This document shows positions 47,147-56,014 of a DNA stretch of 56,339 bases, piece by piece (within the stretch, counting starts at the first letter, position 1; every line of letters begins with the position of its first letter). The position numbers and the translations under genes were made by a program. Source of the stretch: an uncultured bacterium (GTDB lineage Bacteria > Hydrothermota > UBA3072). The notes under the pieces were generated by a model. The model saw only the letters and a program-made list of their open reading frames with translations, did not search any database and was not told the DNA's origin. The stretch is taken from NCBI GenBank assembly GCA_964523975.1, contig CAZGBM010000003.1, positions 1-56,339 of the forward strand, written 5' to 3'.

Positions 47147-49722
47147 CCTATATCCTCCACAAAACTGCTATATATTTTCCCTTCCCCAAACCAGGACTTT
47201 AGCGCATTTTGTGCTTCAAGACTTGACCGGACGATAGAAATCTCGGTTGGCAAGGAATCTAAAAATGCCGAGCCGTAAGACTTATCAAGAACCCTCCTGT
47301 CAAGAATGAGAACCACTCCCATATCTCTGGTAGAACGAATCAGCCTTCCAAAACCCTGTTTGAATCTTAAAACCGAAAGTGGAAGAATATAATAGGAAAA
47401 ACCGCCAAGACCTTTTTTTTCAAAATAGGCGGATTTGGCTCCGACCAGCGGCTCCGAAGGATTGGGAAAAGGTAATTTCTCGATAACCACTATTTCCAAG
47501 GACTCACCCGGTACATCAATTCCCTGCCAGAAAGAACCAGTTCCAAAAAGAACGGAGTTTTTGTTCTCCCTGAAGAGTGTAAGTAGTTTTTTTCTTGACT
47601 TACCAAAACCCTGCATCAACAACTCCCTGCCTAACTTCTCGAAATCAGAGGATACCTGCTGGTAAACACCTTTCATATGCTTGTAGGACATAAATAGAAC
47701 CAGTGTTCCTCGTTCTTCAGGTATAATAATATCTTTTATAAACTGACTTACTTGTTCAATAAAATCGTCTTCTCCCGGGTCCGAGAGGTAAGCCGGAATG
47801 ATTGTTAAAGCCTGTTCCTTAAATTTATAGGTCTCGGGGAGAGAGACTTCTTTTAAGCGATCGCCGAGGCTGTTTAATCCTAAGATATTTTTTATAAAAT
47901 CGAAAGACTCACCAACTGTAAGAGTCGCCGAAGTCATCACAAATGAGTCTAAATTTGGGTAAAGAAAATTTTCAAGATAAGGAGCAACGTCAAGAGGAGC
48001 TGCAATTAATTCGATTGAAGAAGGGCGCTGTTTATTCAAAAACTTATAATAAAAAACTCTGTCATCTTCTTTCTGCTCGGTAATGATTTTAAAATTAAGA
48101 ACAATTTCTTTCAATTTTTCTTTTTCCGTTTCATCCTCCAATTCGACCGGCTCAAGAAGAGACAGAATTTGCTCCAGCGCCTCTTCAAGGAAACGCAGAG
48201 CTGAAATTTCCTCATCTTTATATAACCCTTCCTGATAATCGCTATTGGAAAGAATCTTTTCGGCAATCTTCTCAAAGGATTCTTTTGCTTTATCGATGGT
48301 ATTTTTTATTTCTTTAATAATTTTAGTGTTTTTCAAACTTCTTGAGATATTGTTGAGTACTGCCTGAATTTCTCCGAAACCGATACTGATCGAGAATCCC
48401 GAGGTGGCGGCACTTTCCAGTTCGTGAGCCTCGTCGAATATAACCTTATTGACATTTAAATTTCCGGTGAAAAAAAGAGCATGGTTGACAAGGATGAGGT
48501 CTGCGTCCTTTAATCTTTTCTTCATATTATAGTAAAAGCAACCTTCAAAATATGGACATATATCTTTTCTGCAGGATTCATCCATGGCGATTAACCCTTT
48601 ATTGATTTCTCTGAAAACATAAGAAATTTCCGAAAGGTCGCCTGTCCTTGTAAGCGAACTCCATAGAAGTAGAGAACAAAGAGAGACCGGCTCGATATCC
48701 GTTGGCAATCCTTTGATTTTCTGCAGGCAGAGATAATTTGAGCGTCCTTTTTGCAAAACAGTATTAACTCCGCAACCGGTTATTTTCTCGGCAAAAGGAA
48801 TATCCTGGTAAAAAAGCTGTTGCTGAAGATTTTTTGTAAAACTTGAAATGTAAATAGGATTTTTTTCATCTCTACTAATTAATATACCTGGAATCAGATA
48901 AGCGAGAGATTTTCCGGTACCTGACGAAGACTCGACAAGAAGAAACTCGCCGTTACTAAGGGAAGAATCAACCAGTTCCGCCATCTGGAGCTGTGAAGGT
49001 CTGTTTTCCAGGGTTTCATGTTCGAAATATTCTTTTATCGAAGAACGCTTCTGGCAGCTTTCATTTCCCCTGTTTTCCCTGAAATTTACCGGAATCTCAA
49101 AAGGATACGGTTTCCTGTTAAGACCCTTACGCAAAGAAATTTCCAGAGCGCTCTTTATTATTTCACTCTCCGTAAATTTCTTCTCCATAACATCCAGTTG
49201 CCTTTTTAAGAGTTCAGGATTTAAGTCTGTCATCAAATCAAATATTTTTAAGAATATTTCGCCTGCCATTTCGGCATCTTCGGCTGCTCTATGGGCATTT
49301 TCATAAGGGATATTCAGATACTCGACAATATTCGAAAGTTTATGACTCGTAACGAAAGGCAGATATATTCTGCTAAGAACAAATGTATCATAAGTCGAAT
49401 TTCCGACCGGGAAACTTTTACTTAAAAAATTTATATCGAATGCAACATTGTGTCCCACTATTGGTTTGTCTTTTATAAAATCTTTAATGTCGGGGATAAT
49501 TTCCTCTAAAGGTTCACTCGAGTCAAGGTCCTTCTGTCTTATTCCCGTAAGTATTAAGACGTTATCGGAAACGGTTTTTCCGGGATTTACAGTTCTTGAA
49601 AATTTTTCGGCAACTTTTCCTTTCTCAAAAAGAACCAGGCCTACCTCAATTATTTTTTCGAGTTCCCAGTCCAACCCTGTAGTCTCAAGGTCAAGCGCAA
49701 CAAACGATTCAATTGGTCCCAC
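47131..49722 (-). CDS. dinG: DinG/YoaA-family helicase with N-terminal DEDDh 3'-5' exonuclease
   Basis: LDLETTG, GHNVAFD, HRAAEDA; GTGKS, FDEAH, SATL, FWQGIDVPG, QGFGRLIR. Confidence 0.9.
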   Translation of the reverse strand: MGPIESFVALDLETTGLDWELEKIIEVGLVLFEKGKVAEKFSRTVNPGKTVSDNVLILTGIRQKDLDSSEPLEEIIPDIKDFIKDKPIVGHNVAFDINFLSKSFPVGNSTYDTFVLSRIYLPFVTSHKLSNIVEYLNIPYENAHRAAEDAEMAGEIFLKIFDLMTDLNPELLKRQLDVMEKKFTESEIIKSALEISLRKGLNRKPYPFEIPVNFRENRGNESCQKRSSIKEYFEHETLENRPSQLQMAELVDSSLSNGEFLLVESSSGTGKSLAYLIPGILISRDEKNPIYISSFTKNLQQQLFYQDIPFAEKITGCGVNTVLQKGRSNYLCLQKIKGLPTDIEPVSLCSLLLWSSLTRTGDLSEISYVFREINKGLIAMDESCRKDICPYFEGCFYYNMKKRLKDADLILVNHALFFTGNLNVNKVIFDEAHELESAATSGFSISIGFGEIQAVLNNISRSLKNTKIIKEIKNTIDKAKESFEKIAEKILSNSDYQEGLYKDEEISALRFLEEALEQILSLLEPVELEDETEKEKLKEIVLNFKIITEQKEDDRVFYYKFLNKQRPSSIELIAAPLDVAPYLENFLYPNLDSFVMTSATLTVGESFDFIKNILGLNSLGDRLKEVSLPETYKFKEQALTIIPAYLSDPGEDDFIEQVSQFIKDIIIPEERGTLVLFMSYKHMKGVYQQVSSDFEKLGRELLMQGFGKSRKKLLTLFRENKNSVLFGTGSFWQGIDVPGESLEIVVIEKLPFPNPSEPLVGAKSAYFEKKGLGGFSYYILPLSVLRFKQGFGRLIRSTRDMGVVLILDRRVLDKSYGSAFLDSLPTEISIVRSSLEAQNALKSWFGEGKIYSSFVEDIGWEDF

Positions 49723-50416
49723 AAGTAAGTCCTTTTAGTTTACTGACCTCATCTTTTGTGAGCTTCCGCCACGCTCCAACCTTAAGATCCGAAAGTTCAA
49801 GACTTCCCAATTTTACCCTTTTAAGTCTCTTCGCGCTATAACCCAGCGTACCAAGCATTCTTCTTATTTCTCTGTTTTTACCTTCCTTTAAGGTTACAAG
49901 TATCTTGTTTTTTCCTTTAAAAACGACTCTGCTTGCCTTGAGATAATCTTTCCCAATAGGCATACCCTCTTCCATTTTTTTTAACTCTTTTCCTGGAACT
50001 ACCGGCAGGATGACTTCATATTCTTTTTCGATCTCAAAAGAAGGGTGCGTTAAACTATGTACCATATCTCCGTCGTTCGTTATCAGAAGAAGTCCTTCGG
50101 AATCTTCATCCAGCCTGCCTACGGGAACCAGTCCCTTTTCCCGGGTATGTATCAAATCCATCACTGTTTTTCTTTTCAATTCGTCGGAAACCGTGGTAAT
50201 GACTCCTCTCGGTTTGTTTAGCATTATATATGTAAATTTTGCCGGAATTTTTAGCTTTTTTCCTTCAAACTCTATTAAATCTTTCTCGGGTTCAACCTGA
50301 AAGAAAGGTTCAAATATGACTTTTCCGTTAACCTTTACCAGGCCTTTTTCAATCAGAGTCGCTGCCTGTCGTCGGGGAACCAGGCCTGCTCTCGACAAAA
50401 AACGCTGAATCCTCAT
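49709..50416 (-). CDS. rluB: RsuA/RluB-family pseudouridine synthase
   Basis: S4 domain, NKPRG, GRLDEDSEGLLLITNDG, EGKNREIRRM. Confidence 0.88.
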   Translation of the reverse strand: MRIQRFLSRAGLVPRRQAATLIEKGLVKVNGKVIFEPFFQVEPEKDLIEFEGKKLKIPAKFTYIMLNKPRGVITTVSDELKRKTVMDLIHTREKGLVPVGRLDEDSEGLLLITNDGDMVHSLTHPSFEIEKEYEVILPVVPGKELKKMEEGMPIGKDYLKASRVVFKGKNKILVTLKEGKNREIRRMLGTLGYSAKRLKRVKLGSLELSDLKVGAWRKLTKDEVSKLKGLTCGTN

Positions 50417-50921
50417 TTTCTATTTCAGGAAGATCTCCAAGAGATTCTAAATGAAAAGTTTCCAAAAATTTACCGGTAGTACCATATAAAAAGGGATGCC
50501 CGAAACCATCTTCCTTACCTACAACCTTTATTAACCCGGCATCCTGCAGAGTGTAAATCACACCGGAACTATCCACTCCTCTAATAGCTTCTATATCTCT
50601 GCGTGTTATAGGCTGTTTGTAGGCGATTACCGCAAGTGTCGTTAAAGCAGCTCTGGACAGATACAATTCTTTTTTATCGGATAACTGTTTTATAATTTCG
50701 GCAAATTCAGGTTTTGTAAAAAGTCTATATCCCTTATTTACCTTTTTGATAACGAATGCTCTATCGGTTTCCTCGTATTCTTTTTCCAGCATAGAGACCA
50801 TTTTCTCGACAACCGCGACGGAACATCTTAAGACATCAGCCATTCTCCTCGAACTCAATGGTTCGGGAGATGCAAACAGTAAAGCCTCTACCGCTTTTTT
50901 ATTATTTCCGTCAATCTGCAT
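50349..50921 (-). CDS. scpB: SMC-Scp complex subunit ScpB
   Basis: VEALLFAS, LSRAALTTLAVIAYKQPITR..IEAIRGV, LYGTT..FL..F.L.SL.DLP; GAGG RBS before the ATG at 50921. Confidence 0.92.
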   Translation of the reverse strand: MQIDGNNKKAVEALLFASPEPLSSRRMADVLRCSVAVVEKMVSMLEKEYEETDRAFVIKKVNKGYRLFTKPEFAEIIKQLSDKKELYLSRAALTTLAVIAYKQPITRRDIEAIRGVDSSGVIYTLQDAGLIKVVGKEDGFGHPFLYGTTGKFLETFHLESLGDLPEIENEDSAFFVESRPGSPTTGSDSD

Positions 50922-52372
50922 ATTTCCTCGATTTTTAATATATAACCCATACAGAGAAAAATCAAGCCAAAAACCGCAGTTCCCGTAATAAAAGACAAAA
51001 AACAATCATGGATTCTTTGGCTATAAATAGCCGCAATAAAAGCTATAGAAGAAACCAGTATTATACGTATAAAAAATGAACGTAAATCTCTCAAGATTTT
51101 CCAATACGGTCTAACAAGCAAAATAAACTGAACCAAACCTGAAAGAGATACAGCAAGAGCCAATCCTCTGGCTTGTAAAGTATTGAGGAGGAATATGGCT
51201 AAAACAACATTGATTAAGAGAGCAATATAGCTTATTCTCATTGGAGTTTTTGTATTCTTTTGTGAAAAATATACGTTTATTATTACTTGATTACCTGAAA
51301 TAAAAGGTATTCCCAGAATATAAAAAAGAAGAATAGAAGCGGTTCGGACTGAATCCTGCAGGGTAAATGCTCCATGTTCATAGAGAATACGAATTGCGGA
51401 CATGCGGACCGTAATGAGTAAAAAAACCGAGGGAATGGAAAGGAGAAAAACAGTTCGGATAGACGACAATATATAGGGGTATTGGTCAAGTTTTTGGGCC
51501 GCTTTTCTTGAAAGTTCGGGAAGGGTAACTGCAGCAACCGCTACCCCGAACATTCCCAGGGGAAGCTGCATTACCCTGTATGCATAACTCAGATGAGAGA
51601 TGTTACCGGCGGGAAGTAAAGAAGCAAGAAAAAGAGTAACGCTCACATTTATTTTGCTGGCGGCAAAGGCAAAAAAAACAGGAATGACAAGACAAAGAGA
51701 TTGTTTTACTCCCGGGTGACCCCACTCGGGTTTCTTTAATCTTATCCCGGCTTTTGGAAGAAAGAAAAGCAAAAATATTAATTGCACTCCACCGCCGACG
51801 AGAACTCCTACGGCTGCTCCGAAGATTCCTAAATTTCTGTATAATAAAAAAGAACATATAATAACAGCAAGATTAAAGAAAACAGTATAAATTCCGGTTA
51901 TAAAAAAGCGGTCAAAATATATAAGGATACCCATAACCACAGAAGCAAATGAAATTAGCATCAAAAATGGGAACATCAATCTTGTAAGCTTGACGGCAAC
52001 TTCAAACTGTAGAGGGTCCCTGGTAAAACCTCTTGCCAGAAGCGAAACTATTTGAGGAGAGAATATAATACCCAGAGATACTATAATAGAAAGCACTATA
52101 ATCAGAGGTAAGAGAAAAGAAGACAAATATCTATTGGCACTTTCTTCTCCTTCTCTGGTGCGGTACTCCGAAAAAATCGGCACAAAAGCGGCGTTCATAC
52201 TACCTTCTCCAAAAAAGTCTCTTAAAAGATTGGGAATATTAAAGGCTATCCGGAAAGCGTCCATAAAGGCAGAAGAACCGAAAAGGTAAGCGAAAACCAC
52301 CTCTCGTCCCATTCCTGTTATTCTTGAAATTAGAGTCCCGATGCTGAATCCGCCGACTTTTTTCAATTTCAT
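50888..52372 (-). CDS. murJ: Lipid II flippase MurJ
   Basis: SRITGMGRE, DAFRIAFNIPNLLRDFFGEG, QLPLGMFG. Confidence 0.93.
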   Translation of the reverse strand: MKLKKVGGFSIGTLISRITGMGREVVFAYLFGSSAFMDAFRIAFNIPNLLRDFFGEGSMNAAFVPIFSEYRTREGEESANRYLSSFLLPLIIVLSIIVSLGIIFSPQIVSLLARGFTRDPLQFEVAVKLTRLMFPFLMLISFASVVMGILIYFDRFFITGIYTVFFNLAVIICSFLLYRNLGIFGAAVGVLVGGGVQLIFLLFFLPKAGIRLKKPEWGHPGVKQSLCLVIPVFFAFAASKINVSVTLFLASLLPAGNISHLSYAYRVMQLPLGMFGVAVAAVTLPELSRKAAQKLDQYPYILSSIRTVFLLSIPSVFLLITVRMSAIRILYEHGAFTLQDSVRTASILLFYILGIPFISGNQVIINVYFSQKNTKTPMRISYIALLINVVLAIFLLNTLQARGLALAVSLSGLVQFILLVRPYWKILRDLRSFFIRIILVSSIAFIAAIYSQRIHDCFLSFITGTAVFGLIFLCMGYILKIEEICRLTEIIKKR

Positions 52373-52382
52373 AGAACTAAAG

Positions 52383-52858
52383 GGATCAAGGGGTCAAGGG
52401 TTCGAGGGTTCAAGGGTTAGAATCCTTTTTCTCCAGAGATTTAATAAGAGCCTTCAGCATCCTCTCAACTTCCCTTGCGTTTTCCAGAAGCTTATCTTTG
52501 TTTTCTTGAGTCATATAATCTAAATCATACGATAAAAGAAGTTGAGTTTTCAATTCGCAATACGAACCATAAGCTACATACAGAAACCTTATATACTCTT
52601 TAATTGTTCCTCTCCCATAACCTTCTGCAATATTAGAAGGAATAGAAATAGATGAACGCCTTATTTGAGAAGTTAAACAGTATGTTTCTTCTTTGGGAAA
52701 ACTACTGGTTACTTTATAAATACTAATACATAATTTATATGCTTTTTGCCATACTTTTAAGTCCATATAATTCTTCAACATAATATGCCAGAACTTTGAA
52801 TCTTTAAAATTTTCTTGAAGCTTTCTTCCTCGACCCCTCGACTCCTTGGTCCCTTAAC
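52383..52858. mobile_element. Putative cassette: four-helix-bundle gene bounded by inverted 8-bp tandem-repeat arms
   Basis: ggatcaag gggtcaag ggttcgag ggttcaag (52383-52414) vs cctcgacc cctcgact ccttggtc ccttaac (52828-52858). Mobility is inferred. Confidence 0.55.
52410..52781 (-). CDS. Four helix bundle protein (23S rRNA IVP / TIGR02436-like family)
   Basis: DLKVWQKA, FPKEETYCLTSQIRRSSISIPSNIAEGYGR, GSYCELKTQL. Confidence 0.93.
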   Translation of the reverse strand: MLKNYMDLKVWQKAYKLCISIYKVTSSFPKEETYCLTSQIRRSSISIPSNIAEGYGRGTIKEYIRFLYVAYGSYCELKTQLLLSYDLDYMTQENKDKLLENAREVERMLKALIKSLEKKDSNP

Positions 52859-52903
52859 TTTCTTCTTCCTAACTTGGGATGTGGTAATGTTGGAAGGGTA
52901 GTA

Positions 52904-52978
52904 TCGGGGCGAGTGGATTCGAACCACCGACCTCCTGCTCCCGAAGCAGGCGCGCTAACCAGGCTGCGCTACGCCCCG
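52904..52978 (-). tRNA. tRNA-Pro(CGG), CCA not encoded
   Basis: CGGGGCG/CGCCCCG acceptor stem, anticodon arm CCTGC-TTCGGGA-GCAGG, T-loop GGTTCGAATCC. Confidence 0.96.
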
Positions 52979-53589
52979 TTTTGCCATCCTTTTTTCCCTT
53001 TAAGAGGCACAAATCTTACACCTATACTTTTACTTTTAACTATCTTCCCGGCTTCTTTTTTTAGAACAACGAGCTCTTGAGTAATTATATTGCCAACCGG
53101 TATCACAATCTTTCCTTTATCTGCCAGTTGCTCTATTATATCATCCGCTACATAAGGAGCGGCGGCTGTGACTATAATCCTGTCATAGGGAGCATATTCC
53201 TTGTAGCCTATACTCCCATCTGCCATTACTACAGTTATATTATTATAACCCAATTTACGCAAGGTCTCTTTTGCTTTTTTAAAAAGTTCCGGAATTCTTT
53301 CCACTGTGATGACACTCATTGCAAGGCGTGAAATTACCGCGGCCTGATAACCGCTGCCCGTTCCCACTTCAAGGACTTTATGTTCATTCGATACGTCTAA
53401 GAGGTCCGTCATTAATGCGACAATATATGGCTGAGAAATCGTCTGGTCCGAACCGATTGGGAGCGGGCCATCCTGATATGCTACACCTTTTAGACCCTCT
53501 TCGACGAATCTATGTCTGGGGACTTCTTTCATTGCTGTAAGAATTCTTTCGTCGGTAATACCTCTACTTCTTATTTGATTTTCTACCAT
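52969..53589 (-). CDS. pcm: Protein-L-isoaspartate O-methyltransferase
   Basis: VPRHRFV, QTISQPYIVA, VLEVGTGSGYQAA, PYDRIIVTAA, RFVPL. Confidence 0.95.
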   Translation of the reverse strand: MVENQIRSRGITDERILTAMKEVPRHRFVEEGLKGVAYQDGPLPIGSDQTISQPYIVALMTDLLDVSNEHKVLEVGTGSGYQAAVISRLAMSVITVERIPELFKKAKETLRKLGYNNITVVMADGSIGYKEYAPYDRIIVTAAAPYVADDIIEQLADKGKIVIPVGNIITQELVVLKKEAGKIVKSKSIGVRFVPLKGKKGWQNGA

Positions 53590-53611
53590 TGCTTCACGCT
53601 GAAACTCGTAG

Positions 53612-54355
53612 CTAATAATCTTTCTCCCAGTGAAGAAGTTTCTCTATCATATCAAAATCGGTATATTCCATATGAATAGGGGTGATAGAAACAAAACCTT
53701 CATGAACGGCATCGAAGTCCGAATTCGGACTTGAAACCCATGTTGGTTTTTCACCTTCCAGTGAGTATATAAATTTATCGTCTTTTTCCCTGACTTTTGA
53801 AATCTCGTCCCGGTAAATTCTGTTACCCAGACTGGTTATTTTTATCTTACCGTTAGGTGAAGGAGGCAGATTAACGTTCAAAAAAACACCTTCGGGCAGT
53901 TTATCCTTCAGGACTTGCCTTGCCAGCCAGTTTACTACACTTTTGGCAAAATCCGTGTTAAATGAATTATAAAAATCAAGCTGGGAAAATGCAACCGAAG
54001 GAATACCGAGCAAAGTCCCTTCCATAGCCACCGCAACCGTGCCTGAGTAAGATACATCGCTTCCGAGATTGGGACCATGATTGATGCCGCCGAGTATGAG
54101 GTCTGGTTTACCTTTTAAGATACCGCGTACGCTGTAAAGTATGCAATCTGTCGGAGTTCCATCGGTGGAATAAGTATCTTCATCGATTTTTTTCACTGTT
54201 ATACTCTTATGTATGGTAAGGGAATGGCTTGAGCCGCTTCTTTCGCCTTCCGGCGCGAAAACTATTGTGTGACCCAGGTCACTCACCGCCTCCCGGAGGA
54301 TGTTTAATCCCAGAGCATCTATCCCGTCGTCGTTAGAAATAAGTATCAACGCCAT
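53612..54355 (-). CDS. surE: 5'/3'-nucleotidase SurE
   Basis: ILISNDDGI, RSGSSHSLT, GTPTDC, GINHGPNLG, YSGTVAVAMEG. Confidence 0.96.
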   Translation of the reverse strand: MALILISNDDGIDALGLNILREAVSDLGHTIVFAPEGERSGSSHSLTIHKSITVKKIDEDTYSTDGTPTDCILYSVRGILKGKPDLILGGINHGPNLGSDVSYSGTVAVAMEGTLLGIPSVAFSQLDFYNSFNTDFAKSVVNWLARQVLKDKLPEGVFLNVNLPPSPNGKIKITSLGNRIYRDEISKVREKDDKFIYSLEGEKPTWVSSPNSDFDAVHEGFVSITPIHMEYTDFDMIEKLLHWEKDY

Positions 54356-55020
54356 AACATACGCATAACAAGTTTAATAAATCTTGGAGTATCAATAAAC
54401 GGATTTATATGACTTTTGAATTTTTCGAAATATATGGTACAGATTGGTAACTCCTTTATGGAAAATCCCGCCCTCGCCGCTTTGATGATTATCTCGGTTT
54501 CCATCTGGAAACGATTGGTCATCAGATTGATTTCCTTAAGTAATTTTTTCTTTATGATGCGGAACCCCGATTGGCTGTCATGGATTCTCACTCCTGATAG
54601 AATTGAAGTGACAAGTGAGGACGTATTGTTCGCAAAAAACCGTAAAAAAGGCATGTCGGACAAATTATGTTTTCTCGTCCCGACAATCAAATCGGCTCCG
54701 CTTTCCCTAAATTTTTCGAGAAACCTCGGTATTTCACCCGGGTCATGCTGCCCATCCCCGTCCATAGTTATAACGGCATCATATCCGTTTTTAATGGTGA
54801 AATCAAATCCCGCTCTAAGAGCTAAACCTTTCCCCTGATTACTCCTAAGACTCAGCACCTTTGTTCCGGATTTCTTTGCGATAAGCGAGGTTTTGTCTTT
54901 AGAACCATCATCCACAACAAGAACGTTTTTAAGAGAAAAGACAGAAGATACTTTTTTAAGTAAGTTTCCTATGTTCTTTTCTTCATTAAAAGCCGGTATT
55001 ACTATTAATATTTTATTCAT
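54346..55020 (-). CDS. GT2 glycosyltransferase (polyprenol-phosphate mannose synthase-like)
   Basis: IPAFNEE, VVDDGSKD, MDGDGQHDP, DSQSGFR. Confidence 0.9.
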   Translation of the reverse strand: MNKILIVIPAFNEEKNIGNLLKKVSSVFSLKNVLVVDDGSKDKTSLIAKKSGTKVLSLRSNQGKGLALRAGFDFTIKNGYDAVITMDGDGQHDPGEIPRFLEKFRESGADLIVGTRKHNLSDMPFLRFFANNTSSLVTSILSGVRIHDSQSGFRIIKKKLLKEINLMTNRFQMETEIIIKAARAGFSIKELPICTIYFEKFKSHINPFIDTPRFIKLVMRMLWR

Positions 55021-55850
55021 AACCGGTCAAACAAAAGCCATTGTTCGGGATATTTCTCAATATATCTCTCCAGTATCTCAACATATCTTTTAATGCCCAA
55101 CTCAATTTCTCCTTCTGTGATCTTGAACGGTTTTTCAAAATAAACATGATAAAAATTATCCTTCTCTCTTAAACAGAAACCTGGGACAACAGGTGCTCCC
55201 AATTTCGAAGCTAGGAAAAACGCACCTCTTGGAATCTCTACATCTTTATCAAACATTTTAACTGTCACAGTAGAACCCTCAAAACTTCTATCTCCGGCAA
55301 TTGATAGAACCCCTCCATTTTTCAAAAATCTAACCGGTCCAGAAAAACTTCTTCGTACATAAAAAACACCGATGCCCGCTCTCTTTCGATTAAATTCATA
55401 AAGATCTCTTATAAATTCAGTTTTATATTCTACCGAAATAACGGCAACGGAAAATCCATTATAACTCATAAGAGAAGCACCCCATTCGTAATTACCCAGA
55501 TGACCTGTCAAAATTATAACTCCCTTCCCTTCCTTATGTGCATCAAAAAGATTATGAATGTTTTCCGCTTTCAAAAACTTATGATAATTTCGCTTGTTCA
55601 AAACTCTACCCATAATGAGCTGTTCATAAAGACAAATGGAAAGATTGATACCGGCTTTTTTTGAAATTTGCAGGAGCTCCTGTTCGCTTTTGTCTTTGAA
55701 AACACTTTTGAGATTAGAAAGGTGGTTACGGACCCCCCTCTTATATGTAAAAGTATATGAAAAACGCGCGGAACCTCTGGCAATAAGGTCGCCTATCCCT
55801 TTGGGTAGAAAACTCGCTAAAAATTTCAAAAACAAAAACAGGAAATTCAT
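55017..55850 (-). CDS. Lysophospholipid / lipid A-type (LpxL-like) acyltransferase
   Basis: TGHLGNYEWGA (HxxxxE), GDR, YPEQWLLF. Confidence 0.85.
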   Translation of the reverse strand: MNFLFLFLKFLASFLPKGIGDLIARGSARFSYTFTYKRGVRNHLSNLKSVFKDKSEQELLQISKKAGINLSICLYEQLIMGRVLNKRNYHKFLKAENIHNLFDAHKEGKGVIILTGHLGNYEWGASLMSYNGFSVAVISVEYKTEFIRDLYEFNRKRAGIGVFYVRRSFSGPVRFLKNGGVLSIAGDRSFEGSTVTVKMFDKDVEIPRGAFFLASKLGAPVVPGFCLREKDNFYHVYFEKPFKITEGEIELGIKRYVEILERYIEKYPEQWLLFDRL

Positions 55851-55891
55851 TTAAAAGAGCAAATATTCCCCTCTTTAAAATATTTTTAAAA

Positions 55892-55966
55892 TCGGGGCGA
55901 GTGGACTTGAACCACCGACCTCCAGCACCCCAAGCTGGCGCGCTAACCAGGCTGCGCTACGCCCCG
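55892..55966 (-). tRNA. tRNA-Pro(GGG), CCA not encoded
   Basis: Same body as the CGG tRNA; anticodon arm CCAGC-TTGGGGT-GCTGG; T-loop GGTTCAAGTCC. Confidence 0.96.
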
Positions 55967-55974
55967 TTATCTTG

Positions 55975-56002
55975 AATATAGTAAAAAAGACCCTATTTGC
56001 AA
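55975..56002 (-). promoter_or_regulatory. Putative promoter of tRNA-Pro(GGG)
   Basis: TTGCAA-16 nt-TATATT, 8 nt before the tRNA 5' end. Confidence 0.55.
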
Positions 56003-56014
56003 GGGGGAATTAAG

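Noticed and set aside
52410-52781. Four-helix-bundle gene as Avd of a diversity-generating retroelement, or as a true 23S rRNA IVS
   Set aside because: No reverse transcriptase, no template/variable repeat pair and no rRNA sequence in the window
52904-52978. tRNA-Pro as the attachment site of a prophage or integrative element
   Set aside because: No integrase and no partial 3' tRNA duplicate; the second copy is a complete different isoacceptor and the enclosed genes are housekeeping
2158-55854. The many short antisense or overlapping ORFs in the ORF track (e.g. 4753-5112, 11152-11640, 15795-16226, 22774-23253)
   Set aside because: They are shadows of well-supported genes on the opposite strand and have no motifs
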